Shown here piece after piece: positions 1-12,724 of a stretch of 64,000 nucleotides of DNA (its first letter is position 1; every line of letters begins with the position of its first letter). The stretch is from positions 36,704,001 to 36,768,000 of the forward strand of contig OX597828.1 in assembly GCA_951406725.2 (NCBI GenBank). Reading direction: 5' to 3'. The stretch comes from Octopus vulgaris (lineage: Eukaryota). The translations under genes and the position numbers were made by a program. Below the pieces are notes generated by a model that was not told where the DNA came from, did no database searches, and saw only the letters and a list, made by a program, of their open reading frames with translations.

Positions 1-276
1 GGAGATAAGTTCAGGAGAAAGTTAAATAAGAGTCACGGACAGATATTTTGATTTCCAATCACGATTTCAGTGGCGTACTCCGGAAGGATGGTAACAGTAA
101 TCCGTAGGTGTAAAAATCCAGGAATTGGTATCCAAGGCGCTCGGTATCCGTGTGAGCGTGCAGTATATAAAGTTAATCCAAACAAGAAAACACAGAAAAA
201 AAGAGAAAAAAACACAGCAACGCAGGACGTGGAACAATTAAAGTATTATTGATGCTCAGGAAAGAAGAGAAGGAGG

Positions 277-311
277 GTTTAACGTTTCGAGCGGAGCTCT
301 TCGTCGGAAAC
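277..311 (-). ncRNA. Minimal type I hammerhead-like motif with variant core CCGACGA (Penelope-type)
   Basis: Minus strand reads GTTT-CCGACGA-A-GAGC-TCC-GCTC-GAAA-CG-TT-AAAC. Stems I and II pair, and stem III is the palindrome AACGTT. Confidence 0.55.
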
Positions 312-413
312 AAGGAGAAGGAAAGATCCCAAGAAGGGAAGACAGAGGAAAAAATATTTGAGCTGGTGGTGCTCAAGAGATAACATGTTGAAAGAACAGA
401 AGTTGAGAATCAT

Positions 414-466
<53 letters not shown>

Positions 467-541
467 TGGTTTTATATATATATATATATATATATGAATG
501 AAGGATTGGAGTCGGACGAAGATGTTAACAAGATTCCTTTA

Positions 542-623
542 CTCTCGACATATGTTTCGAAGACAGCATATTTTTATTCCGTAGGAATAAAAGGTACATT
601 ATGCAATCTTCTTATCAGGAAAG
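542..623 (-). ncRNA. Inverted copy of the 2054-2135 hammerhead with a G8A core mutation (CTGATAA), probably inactive
   Basis: Reverse complement of 2054-2135; the C3-A8 mismatch breaks the 3-8 tertiary pair. Confidence 0.65.
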
Positions 624-962
624 ATAAGGAGCCTCTCTCAACCACAAGACGAACAAAAATTTAGATGATTGCCTACTTGGTGATCACAGCGATAATGAAT
701 GTTTTTTTTTTAAAAAACCGTTATAAGCATTGAGGTCAAAGATGGGTAGAATGAGGAAGTAAATATAGGTAGGAGACAGTATGTTTGCTATATATATGGA
801 GATGTGTAGGTGTGCGCTTGTGTTAATGAGTGCGAGTGTTTGTGTGTGTGTATATAACTGCATTTGTGTCTATGAGTGTGATTGTGTGTGTGAGATAGAG
901 ACATACGTTAAACCTACATAGTACTCAGGGGAAAATTTGTCTGTGTGTTTGATTTTGTGTGC

Positions 963-1020
<58 letters not shown>

Positions 1021-1264
1021 CATACGTTAAAGATATGTAGCAGCAATGGAATAGGTAAGGAATAAAAGATGGGGAAGAGGAAGCGAACGTTGATTGAAAG
1101 AATGACCGGAGGCGAAGGAAGGTATTTGTCTATGGCAGTGGTGTGGATGTGAAGCTAATAGTTAAAACTACAGTGGCTATCTTTATCATTTATATGAGTG
1201 GAAAGTGTGCTTCTGCCAATGCTTACATTTGTACGATTTCTCTATGAGTGTGTTTACAAAGAAG

Positions 1265-1510
1265 AAACGCCATTATACAGGACTAATTAAATTAGTATGG
1301 CGTCTTAAGGACAACAATATAACTTTCAAGTTGGATTGGTTCATATTGTCTGTATCCTTACCTTTTTATAAGGGCAGAAGATTTTGCAACATTTGTAACT
1401 CTGAGCTCTTCCATATTCTTTTCGCTAAAGTTCCCCTTGTAAACACACTCATAGAGAAATCGTACAAATGTAAGCATTGGCAGAAGCACACTTTCCACTC
1501 ATATAAATGA
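1265..1510 (+). pseudogene. Penelope-like GIY-YIG endonuclease C-terminal fragment
   Basis: W-x-LK, CxxC-x-x-E and C-x-H pattern typical of PLE endonuclease tails; 5'-truncated. Confidence 0.7.
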
Positions 1511-2053
1511 TAAAGATAGCCACTGTGGTTTTTACTATTAGCTTCACATCCACACCACTGCCATAGACAAATACCTTCCTTCGCCTCCGGTCATTCTTTC
1601 AATCAACGTTCGCTTCCTCTTCCCCATCTTTTATTCCTTACCTATTCCATTGCTGCTATATATCTTTAACGTATGCTTCTCTCTCTCTCTCTCTCACGCA
1701 CACAAAATCAAACACACAGACACAAATTTTCCCCTAAGTACTATGTAGGTTTAACGTATGTCTCTATCTCACACACACAATCACACTCATAGACACAAAT
1801 GCAGTTATATACACACACACGCACACACACACACAAACAATCGCACTCATTAACACAAGCGCACACCTACACATCTCCATGTATATAGCAAACATACTAA
1901 CCCCTACCTATTTTTACTTCCTCATTCTATCCATCTTTGACCTCAATGCTTATAACGGTTTTTTTAAAAAAAAAACATTCATTATCGCTGTGATCACCAA
2001 GTAGGCAATCATCTAAATTTTTGTTCGTCTTGTGGTTGAGAGAGGCTCCTTAT

Positions 2054-2135
2054 CTTTCCTGATGATAAGATTGCATAATGTACCTTTTATTCCCACGGAA
2101 TAAAAATATGCTGTCTTCGAAACATATGTCGAGAG
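2054..2135 (+). ncRNA. Type I hammerhead ribozyme, canonical core
   Basis: CTTTC-CTGATGA-T-[AAGATTGCATA...TATGCTGTCTT]-C-GAAA-CATATG-TC-GAGAG. Stem I is CTTTC/GAGAG, stem III is the palindrome ACATATGT, and cleavage is predicted after C2130. Confidence 0.8.
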
Positions 2136-2338
2136 TAAAGGAATCTTGTTAACGTCTTCGTCCGACTCCATTCTTTCATTTATTCATATACAACACAAAA
2201 ATTTCTACACAAGAAACCGGGGTTTCTACCCTTGACAGGTCGCTTCAACCGTATTTTCTGACGTGAATTTGCTACCCAGGTTTCGGTTAAACGAATTTTC
2301 AATGCTGACGATAAACATAGAAAAATTAATTCACTTAC

Positions 2339-2434
<96 letters not shown>

Positions 2435-2455
2435 ATGATGTATATGGTGTGTGGG

Positions 2456-3414
2456 TACTCTGTTTTTTCGTTGTTTGGAAAATATCTTCGTATCCATATT
2501 TTTGTTTATATGTTTTCGTTTCTCATTGTGTTAAACCTTTTTTTCTATGTCCTGTACCCATATGTGCATGTATATATACATATAGATGTAGGTATGTACA
2601 TATATGTATGTATATATATACATATATTTATATATTATATGATCGGACGACACGCATCCTTTTCCAAGTAAGTTTTATCTTAATTATTAAGATGCGCACT
2701 CTTCAACTTTCACTAATTCTCCTCTGTCTATCTCTCTCAATGTCTTGTTCTTCGTCCTTTCTGGTTTTCTCTCCCACGCTTCCCTATTCTTCTCCTCTCC
2801 CCCTTACGCGTTCCCTCTCTCATACTCCTCCTACTCCTCCTCCTCTTCCTCCTCGGCTCTCTCGTCACTGACGTGACCAGGGAAAAGCCATCTTTCCTAC
2901 TGCTCTCTTCACCGAGACAAGAAGGCTTAACTAACTCATTCTTTGTTTTTACTCTGTTATTCTCCTTGTCCTGTCTTTTACTGTTTTTACTTGTATTGTT
3001 TTTACTGTCTTGTTTTGTTCTTACTGTTCTGTTCTTGTTACCTCTTTTACTCCTCCGCAAAAATCCCAAATTTTATTTAATTTGCTTTACGGAAAGGACT
3101 ATTTCAACTAAGTCGCGTCTTGTCCTTACCTTCGAAAATGCGGAGTAGGCGAAACTGGGACAACTTACGAAGGGTCATATTCCTCGTGTTGAATGTCTTG
3201 TACTCTGTTTTTTCGTTGTTTGAAAAAAAGTTCGTTCGCATGTTTTTGTTTTTATGTTTTCGTTTCTCATTGTGTTCAAAGTTTTTTTGATGTCCTGTAC
3301 CCATATATGCACGTATATATACATATAGATGCAGGTATGTAGATATATGTATGTATATATGCATATATTTACATATTATGTACAATATTTTATGATCGAA
3401 CGCCAAGTAAGTTT

Positions 3415-3420
<6 letters not shown>
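2456..3420 (+). repeat. Partial tandem repeat (period ~745 bp) between (TA)n tracts, pLTR-like
   Basis: TACTCTGTTTTTTCGTTGTTTG...CCAAGTAAGTTTTAT occurs at ~2456-2680 and again at ~3201-3420. Confidence 0.6.
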
Positions 3421-3510
<90 letters not shown>

Positions 3511-3519
3511 GTGTGTGTG

Positions 3520-4283
3520 TGTAGTGTATCTTGCATGCATGAAGTGGATTCGATCCACCGTGGCCAAATTTTAATTAACACATCAACAGAACTTTTCCCA
3601 CAGTGGAACAATGATTTTTCTCTGACAGCAGTTTTACATTTTCCAGATTGCCTTCAGCTAGGCTGAAATAATGTCTTCACCACTTGATCCTATCTAACCC
3701 TTTTCACTTCACCAAAAGCTAGGATAGAGATAACAAGACCATCAACTAAATCTTTTGTTCTCAATGATATATCTATACTTCTGGATAGTTATAAAAGCAA
3801 GAACACTCCAAGCAAAAATCAGTAGGTGACGACTCAACGAGTGCAGTGACATAGTGACGACTCAGTCAGTTAATCACCTTAGTGACAAAGAAGTCTGTCA
3901 GACTAGCTAGAACATTGGTCAGAGGCAGAAATGAAGTTTACTGTCAGCAAATGTGAGACAACGTCCCACACCCTACAACTCTCACTAGCTCTAATTCTGT
4001 TCTCTTACAACATAATTCTATTAATATCTGTGGATTACTACCAATAATTTGTGTACGCCAAACCATGCAAAACATTCTACCACATCTAACTTTCTTTCGC
4101 ATGCTCTCGGATGTTATAACCTGCTCCTTGAGGTATGGTATTTTACAACGTTACTGTAAATAAATATTCTTTTAAAACTTCATGCATTGTTCATCTTTCA
4201 CATCCTGCACTATGCAATTATAACAACAAATCTCTCCCGCTACAAATTGGTGACCCTCGACTTCAAATAACAACTTTATCGTG

Positions 4284-4286
<3 letters not shown>
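3520..4286. mobile_element. TG...CA-bounded ~767-bp element (family A, solo-LTR-like) in a microsatellite; partial copies at 28050-28695 and 57851-58496
   Basis: Starts TGTAGTG, ends CGTGTCA, and is flanked by (TG)n/(TA)n. It is homologous to the family B element. Confidence 0.55.
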
Positions 4287-4337
<51 letters not shown>

Positions 4338-4797
4338 TATATTAGAAGACATGAGGTACTTTTCTGAGTACCTCATTTCTTCTAATATAAAATACCTGTA
4401 CATCATCTCCAAACCTTCCAATATAATATATATATATATATATATACTTATATATTTTCTCACTTCCCGAGCTTTAAACTAATACATGTGTTCGTTGTTT
4501 ACACACCCGTTTTCGTCTTTTTTTTTTTGTAAATTCTGTATATATATATATGTATACACGCATGTGTTGGATATTCATGTAAAGAGAGGAGCAAAGAGAT
4601 TAACTTATCGCCACCATGTTGTTTGCCGCCCGCCACTATCTGCATCCGGGAGATGTCTTGACAATAGACAATATATGTATCTATGTATGTATGTATGTAT
4701 GTATGTATGTATGTATGTATGTATGTATGTATGTATGTATGTATGTATGTATGTGTGTATGTGATTGTGTATGTATGTATGTATATGTATATATATG

Positions 4798-4862
<65 letters not shown>

Positions 4863-4866
<4 letters not shown>

Positions 4867-5618
4867 ACGGTGGCAATTATAACGGTAGATATTTGATTTG
4901 ATGTACAATATTATGAAATGTTATGGTCAGCAATTGTGACGATTCGAGTTTGTTGTTAAAACGGCAAATTGTAAAGTATGTAAGATGAACAATGCATGAA
5001 ATTTTAAGGAAATGTTTATTTGCCCTTACGTTACAATACCTTGCCTCGACGGGCAGGTTGATAAATCCAAAAGCATGCGAAAGTTAGATGCGGTAGAATG
5101 TTGGGTTCTCTCCATGGTTCAGTAGTAATTGTGGAGACAGTATGATGTTGTAAGAGAACTGAGTTCGAGTTAGTGAGAGTGAGAGAGTTTGGGACGTTGT
5201 CTGAAGTTGCTGGTAGTAATTTTTTATTTCTCTCTCTGACCATTTCTATTCTAGCAGTCCTTTCTTTACTAATTGAGTCGTCACGAACTGCCTTGTTCAG
5301 TCGCCGACAAGTTACTGACTGACTTTTGCTTGGGGTATGCTTACTTATATAAAGATCCAGAAGGATAGATATATCATTGAGAACAATAAATTTAGTTGGT
5401 GGTCTTGTTATCTATTCTAGCTTTTGGTGAAGTAGAAGAGGTTAGAAAGGGTCAAGTGGTGGAGACATTTTTTTGGCCTAGCTAAAAGCATCTGGAAAAT
5501 GTAAAACCGGTGTCAGAGAAAAACCATTGTTCCACGATGGGAAAAGTTCTGCAGCAGTGTTGATTTAAATTTGGCTATGTTGTTTCGAATCCACTTCATG
5601 CATGCAAGATTCGCTACA
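4863..5618 (+). mobile_element. Solo-LTR-like ~756-bp element (family B) in (TA)n; inverted partial copies at 32437-33146 and ~62248-62956
   Basis: Termini TGTAACG...CGCTACA form an imperfect inverted repeat. TATATAAA at 5346 is followed by AATAAA at 5385. Confidence 0.6.
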
Positions 5619-5621
5619 TAT

Positions 5622-5712
<91 letters not shown>

Positions 5713-5952
5713 ATTATGTATGTATGTAATTATGTATGTATATGTGTATGTATATATATATATATGTAAATATAATAATAAATATTAGGGAATAAATCCA
5801 AATTTACAGGGAAAAAATCAGATTTAGGATTAAATCCAATTTTATAGTAAAATATTATATAATATTATTAGAGACAAAACCACTATTTTGCAAAACAAAC
5901 AAGGAAAGACTTAATCAATACATAAAATTTTAATAAAAAGTAAAAAAAACCG

Positions 5953-5995
5953 CCACTACAATTGTTTCTTGTCCTGATCGACAATCTTCAGGTGG
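5953..5995 (-). ncRNA. Minimal type I hammerhead ribozyme, canonical core
   Basis: Minus strand reads CCAC-CTGAAGA-TTGTC-GATCAG-GACAA-GAAA-CAATTG-TA-GTGG. All stems pair, and stem III is the palindrome ACAATTGT. Confidence 0.85.
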
Positions 5996-7663
5996 ACTTC
6001 CAATCTAAAATATCAATATTTTAAAATATAAAATAATAATTTTAAAATAATTAAAGTATTAATGAAGAAATATAAATATATAATCTATATATAACCTATA
6101 TATAATCCATATATAATCAATATATAAACAATATATAAACTAAAATAAACCTATCAACAATTAAATATAAAATATAAAACAAAACAAAAAATAAACTATA
6201 TATACACCCATACACATATAACTAATTATATATAACCATATCTAAATACATACACTAAATCACACACCTATATATATATCCCTATACATACATAAAAACG
6301 TCTAGGCAACGATAAATAAATAAAATAGCCAAATACTTCAACACAATACTTATTCATACTCCCTCACACACACATACAACCCACATTCCCGCTCTAGAAA
6401 CGAACATCATTTAAAATTATGAATGGAGAAATGGAAAAAATGGAATTAAAAATTATATTCACTTGGTAAAACGAACATTACTTAAAAATTATGAATGAAA
6501 TAATGTAATAAAATAACAGACATCGTAAATAGACATAAATTACTACGAATTCTTTAATAAAACTACCATGATAAACTAAAACTCATAAAAACATATAATG
6601 ATAAAATCTCCCTTTACTAAACTCTATAACATACCTATATAGCAATCCCCCTAACCTAAACATTCACACACAAATACACACACGTAAACCACACACCCAC
6701 GACATATACAAATACCCACCTCACTCACACATACCTATACATACATATAAACCTCAATATATACTCCAAAACCCACTCAACCCCACACAGATAAATAAAC
6801 ACATACATCCCCAAACCTATATAGCAAACCCATAAACACATTCACACACAAATATACATACGTAAAACACACACCATATACATATACATACTCACTAAAC
6901 TCGATATATACAACAATATTAACACACCCACACTCATACAGATAAATAAATTATATAACTAAAATACGCACACACTCACACACAATCCCACATACATAAA
7001 CACTCCAAAGAAAAACAACATTATTACACATAATACGATATATAAAATACATCGTAATTAACCAGAATATCAAAAATAACAATATGACATAAGGAGAAAT
7101 AATATACATACTTTCAAGTCAGTTTCAAATTATAAAGTGAAATTAAATTCTAAGCCGTTAAAAACATCAAACCAAAATTACGTTACCATAGGAACATAAC
7201 TTATGTATAAAAAGAATACGCGCTATGGAAGCAAACGTCATTTAAAATTATGAATGGAGAAATAGAATAAATGGAATTAAAAATTATATTCACGCGGTAA
7301 ACTAACATTATTTAAAAAAATTATGAATGGATTCTTTAATAAAACTACCATGATAAATTAAAACTCATAAAAACATAAATGATAAAACCTCCCTTTACTA
7401 AACCCTATAACATACTTATATAGCAATCCCTTTAACCTATACATTCACACACAAATACACACACGTAAACCACACACCCATAACAAATACAAATACCCAC
7501 CTCATTCACACATACCTATAAGTACATATAAGCCTCAACATATACACCAAACAAAATTACGTTACCAAGGAACCTAACATATGTATAAAAAGTATTCCCG
7601 CTCTGGAAACGAACATCTTTTAAAATTATGAATTATTTTAAATTATATACATTATTTTAAAAT

Positions 7664-7742
<79 letters not shown>

Positions 7743-7945
7743 TATATTCATATACACATACATATACATTGGATTTTATATCCTGTCCGCCGAGTTAGGG
7801 AATTTTTGAACCTAACGGTAAATAAATACTTTCTTAAAACTTCATGCATTGTTCATCTTTCACATCCTGCAGTATGCAATTATAACAACAAATCTCTCCC
7901 GCTACAAATTGGTGACCCTCGACTTCAACTAAAAACTTTATCGTG

Positions 7946-8007
<62 letters not shown>

Positions 8008-8130
8008 TTATATACCTTCTCACTTCCCGAGCGTTAAACTAATACATCTGTTTGTTGTTTAAACACCCGTCTTCGTCTTTTGTTTTTTATACATGTATAT
8101 ACATGTATACATGTATACTTATACATTTAA

Positions 8131-8134
<4 letters not shown>

Positions 8135-8163
<29 letters not shown>

Positions 8164-8592
8164 TGTATGTATGTATGTATGTATGTATGTATGTATGTAT
8201 GTATATAAATATATATACATACATATGACTTTTTTCTGTTCGAAGACATGCAACTATAAGCATGAGAATACATACATAAAACAAGATATACAAATTTGGT
8301 CCTGTACGTACGTACATACATACATACATACATACATACATACATACTTACATACATACATACATGCATACATACACACATACATACATACATACATACG
8401 TACATACATACATACATACATACATACATACATACATACATACATACATACATACATACGTACGTACATACATACATACATACATACATACATGCATACA
8501 TACACACATACATGCATACATACGTACATACATACATACATACATTCATACATACATACATACATACATACATACATACATACATACATACG
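8135..8592. repeat. (TATG)n/(CATA)n microsatellite block, representative of the many (TA)n, (CA)n, (GA)n, (TAC)n and (CAC)n tracts in the window
   Basis: Directly visible. These tracts explain the YIYI, MYVC, THTH, poly-S and poly-G 'ORFs'. Confidence 0.95.
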
Positions 8593-9666
8593 TAAGTACA
8601 AACAGAGATACCTTGTTGTTGATGTTGAAATTCTAATGAAGGGGCCTCGGAGCCTAGATTAGAAACCGGTTCTTTTCCTATTGGTAAGAAATCTAGAAAT
8701 AAAACTGAACAATGACATACATATATATGCGAGGGTGTGTTTGTGTGTCTTTGTATGTTTGTGCTAGTATTGACTGTGGGTGCTTTCACGACCACATTCA
8801 GCGGAACACATGCGCGTACACACATAAGCATATAGATGCACAGACGTACACGAACACAAATACACAAACGCGAACATGTATTTGCAAACTCTCACGTACA
8901 CAGATATACACACATACAAACACATACACATGACGTCAGAACTGTCAAAAAATATGTGAGAAAAACAAAACAAAAAAAAAACATAGAAATCCCATAAACA
9001 AAACAAAACAAAGTAGAGGTAGGTTTACAGAAATTCAGCTCGAATTATCCACTTCTGCGGGAACCAATCAAATAGTGTTTCCCGTTATTTAATATTTCAA
9101 CATTTAAATTTCACTATTGACATTCTATACCTTCGTTCCTTCAGTTCTCTTTATTTTTTGCAGCAATTAATTCAAAGAGGTAATATATAATCATAAACAC
9201 TCCCCATTCTTGCATAGTTTTTTTTTGTTTTGTTTCTGTTTGTATTTTTTTCATTTATTGTCATTCTCTTTTATATTTTCTTAAATCGCAATAATTAACT
9301 TTCAAACAAAGTCTTTATTTTGTCGCAAGACTTTCGGTGGGAAATCCTATGTTTTAACAGACGTTGTGTATATTTTGTGACAATAAACACATGAACTGGT
9401 TCTATTCCAGTTTCTTTTATTGTCATTAACCAATCCAGTTAACTAATTAACCAATTAAAAGATCGATTGCTTGATTAATCGTACCATGTGGTTGGGAAGC
9501 AAACCATACAACGACTCCTTTCATTTTATCATTGTTTCTACGTCATAACTTCAACATAACATCAGTTTGTGCGTTTTTATATTTGTCATTGTGTATATAC
9601 TCAGGGGTGCATGTGTGCAAAAGTAGGTGCACAGTATCATATCAATGTTACAATACTTAATTCACT

Positions 9667-10045
9667 AAAGGCGGCGAGCTGGCAGAATCGTTAGCACGCT
9701 GGACGGAATGCCTAGAGATATTTCGTCTGCCGCTACGTTCTGAGTTCAAAATCCGCCGAGGTTGACTTTGCCTTTCATCCTTTCGGGGTCGATTAAATAA
9801 GTACCAGTTACGCACTGGGGTCGTTGTAATCGACTTAATCCGTTTGTCTGTCCTTGTTTGTCCTCTCTGTGTTTAGACCCTTGTGGGTAGTAAAGAAATA
9901 GGTATTTCATCTGAGTTCAAATTCCGCCGAGGTCGACTTTGCCTTTCGGGGTCGATAAATGAAGTACCAGTTTCGTGCTGTGGTTTGTCTAATTGATTGG
10001 CCCCCTCCCACAAAATTTCGGGCATTGTACCTAGAGTAGAAAAGA
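9667..10045 (+). mobile_element. Octopus-type SINE plus a second partial copy (duplicated at ~39450-39830)
   Basis: GGCGGCGAGCTGGCAGAATCGTTAGCAC...GTTCAAA...GCCGAGGTCGACTTTGCCTTTCATCC motif, which recurs at ~15980-16270 and ~22940-23100. Confidence 0.75.
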
Positions 10046-10794
10046 ATACTTGATTCAATAAATAAGTTAGTCTAAATTTTGATATTCTCAGTGTCATTAA
10101 TCATAACTATAATAATATTTTAATCGTAACTTTTAATGTTTTTGATAAAAAAAAATGAATATTGTACGTGTTTTTTTCATAACTTTACACCTATATTTGT
10201 ACCACCCCGATATATTTTTTTAATCATTAATTTTTATCATAACTACTTATAACTCTTTTGAAACGATCATTCCTGTTTTATCATTACTCTTACCATTCTT
10301 TCTTTATTACAGCCATTAAAAAATCCTATCTTAATTTCATAATTATCCTTTTAATTTTATAAGTCATTATTACAATTGTTTCTTTTACCTTATCTCATTT
10401 TCCTAATTCTTCATCATAACTTTGGTTTGTCATTGCCACTTCATCATAACACACAAACACACACTTCATCATAACACACACACATACACACACACAAATA
10501 CACACACTCACACACACATGCGTGCATGCTCTCCCGCTCGCGCGCTCGCGTTCCGGCACACATTTCCCGTTTAGTGGAGAATGATCTGAAGAAGGTTTGT
10601 CTGCTATTTCTAGTGTGTCAAGTGACTGCACGGGGAATCCCAGGCTGGCTCATAGCAAAGTGGTTTAGCTGTAGATGTTGTTTAACGCTACTCACGGACC
10701 TATAAGCACGGGTATTCCAATATGACCCACCTCGCATATTCCCCACCCACAATATATCCACTGCCTTATTATTAGTCCAAGTAAATTTTCTTTT

Positions 10795-11235
10795 CTTTTC
10801 TTTCTTTTACTTCTTTCAGTCATTTGACTGCGGCCATGCTGGAGCACCACCTTTAGTAGAGCAAATCGACCCCAGGACGTATTCTTTGTAAGCCTAGCAC
10901 ATATTCTATCGGGTCCATTTTGCCGAACCGCTAAGTTTCGGGGACGTAAACACAACGACATCGGTTGTCAAGCGATGTTGGGGGTACAAACAGACACATA
11001 AACATATACACACTCATACACACACGCACACACACACACACACATACATACACACACACACATGTATACATATATACGATGGGCTTCTTTCAGTTTCCGT
11101 CTACCGAATTGACTCACAAGGCTTTGGTCGGCCCGAGGCTATAGTAGAAAGCATTTGCCCAAAATGCCACGCAGTGGGACTGAACCTGGAATCATGTGGT
11201 TGGTAAGCAAGCTACTTACCACACAGTCACTTCTG
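10795..11235 (-). mobile_element. tRNA-derived SINE (duplicated at ~40578-41018)
   Basis: Reverse complement of the family at 63311-63735; Pol III A/B-box-like head. Confidence 0.8.
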
Positions 11236-11979
11236 TGTTAGGTTTTTCCATAATATTTTCATGGTTGTCAGAAACTTGAGAAAATTAATACTTTAAAACG
11301 AATTGTATGTTAAAGTAGCAATTAACGAGCGGGTTACCATCCCAGCGAACATATTTGACGCCACCACCACCTTAGCGATTCATTATTATTTCTAACATAG
11401 GAGGCAATGCTAGGAATTTTAAGGATAGGAGTAATTCGGTTTCTAGGTTCTCAGTGAAAAACTTTCATTTTAATAGCAAGAAGACAAAAATAAGGTCTCG
11501 CATTCATATTATTTTTATTTCTTCGTAGACAAGCTTTAAAACAAGTTAGAAACCATTTTGGTCCTATTAAAAAATGCAGTTTATTGATGGTCGTGTCAGA
11601 CGATACAGTAACAAGGCCGCTGACATTTGTTATGTAAGAAAAACACATAACTAAAATGTTTCTTTATTATTTCAGGCTCTAGTTTTTCTCCGTTCTCCTT
11701 CCAGCCTGTAACACAAAACTGTGTACTGATTATAAGTCACACACATGCACGTTCACCTACACGATCACTCAGACAGGTGCGCGCACCCGCACGCATGTGC
11801 ACATTCGCGCCCTAGTGTACACAATCATACTCATACGCATAGACAGTTATATTCACACATACACATTCACTCACATACGGAAAACAAAAAAAAAACAAAA
11901 ACACATCACATTATCTATTACACACATTAAGATACTTGCACACACATTCGCAAACTCACCCATTTGCCCAACGATGCCG

Positions 11980-12368
11980 CTTTAATGTACAAGTAGGAAC
12001 TGATCACCAGAGGCGGAAAGGAACGATTGGCAGGAATGGCGACCCTGAAGCCAATGTGAATGAAGAGACCTTACTAGACTTCTGTGCTGGAAATGGGTTC
12101 TCCATTATGAACACAGGGATATCAATAAGTATATCTGGTGTAGGAATACTTTGGGAGAGTGGACTCTGATAGTTTTTGACATCATATCTGACATCCTTGT
12201 TTCGGTAATGGATATTTATGTAAAGAGAGGCGCAGAGCTATCAGCTGATCGCCAGCTAGTTGTCTGCCGCCCGAGACTATCTACTGCCGGGAGAACTCAC
12301 AAAGCTAGTGAGTCTAGTGTGACTTATAGGATGAAGTGGGAAGCCGTGGCGGGTGGTGGGGTCAGAAA
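11980..12368 (+). pseudogene. Degenerate LINE (RTE-like) AP-endonuclease fragment; related pieces at 4555-4670 and 63860-63985 (-)
   Basis: Peptides FNVQVG...LLDFCAGNGFSIMNT and VKRGAELSADRQLVV match the APE GDFN and SDH regions. Confidence 0.65.
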
Positions 12369-12370
12369 TA

Positions 12371-12568
12371 TTAGGTTGGCGCATAATCATTGCGGCTTTT
12401 TTTCAAGAAATTTTATTCAACAAAAACAGTAACAACATTTAAGAGAAACATCTTTAAATGATTATTACGGAGCATATTCACCATCTACTTCAATTTCTTC
12501 TTGGCGTTTTGTTTAATTTTTTTGTTGAATAAAATTTATTGAAAGAGAATAATTATGCACCAACCTAA
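12371..12568. mobile_element. Mariner-derived MITE with TA target sites (duplicated at 42158-42355)
   Basis: TIRs TTAGGTTGGCGCATAAT / ATTATGCACCAACCTAA flanked by TA; same TIR start as the mariner at 23141. Confidence 0.8.
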
Positions 12569-12659
12569 TATTTCTGACCCCATCACCCGCATAGCGACGG
12601 CGGAAATATCGCTAAACATTTTATCCGGGGCGCTAACGATTCTGCCAGCTAACGATAAG

Positions 12660-12724
<65 letters not shown>

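Larger units (their letters stand above)
495..2187. mobile_element. Penelope-like retroelement 3' fragment with an inverted terminal duplication (fold-back)
   Basis: 495-1260 is the reverse complement of ~1437-2187. The centre encodes a C-terminal GIY-YIG-region peptide (LVWRLKDNN...FCNICNSELFHIL...CKHWQKHTF), and each arm carries a hammerhead. Confidence 0.8.

Noticed and set aside
2290-2335. CTGACGA...GAAA motif
   Set aside because: Stem II is only 2 bp and no stem I can be formed; probably chance.
8625-8680. Hammerhead-like CTAATGA...GAAACCGGTT (copy ~38405-38456)
   Set aside because: The core is altered at G5, stem I does not pair, and stem II is unconvincing.
8087-8867. Long ORFs such as 8127-8867, 33139-33875 and 62851-63406 ([12 protein letters not shown] repeats)
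   Set aside because: They are translations of stop-free microsatellites, not genes.
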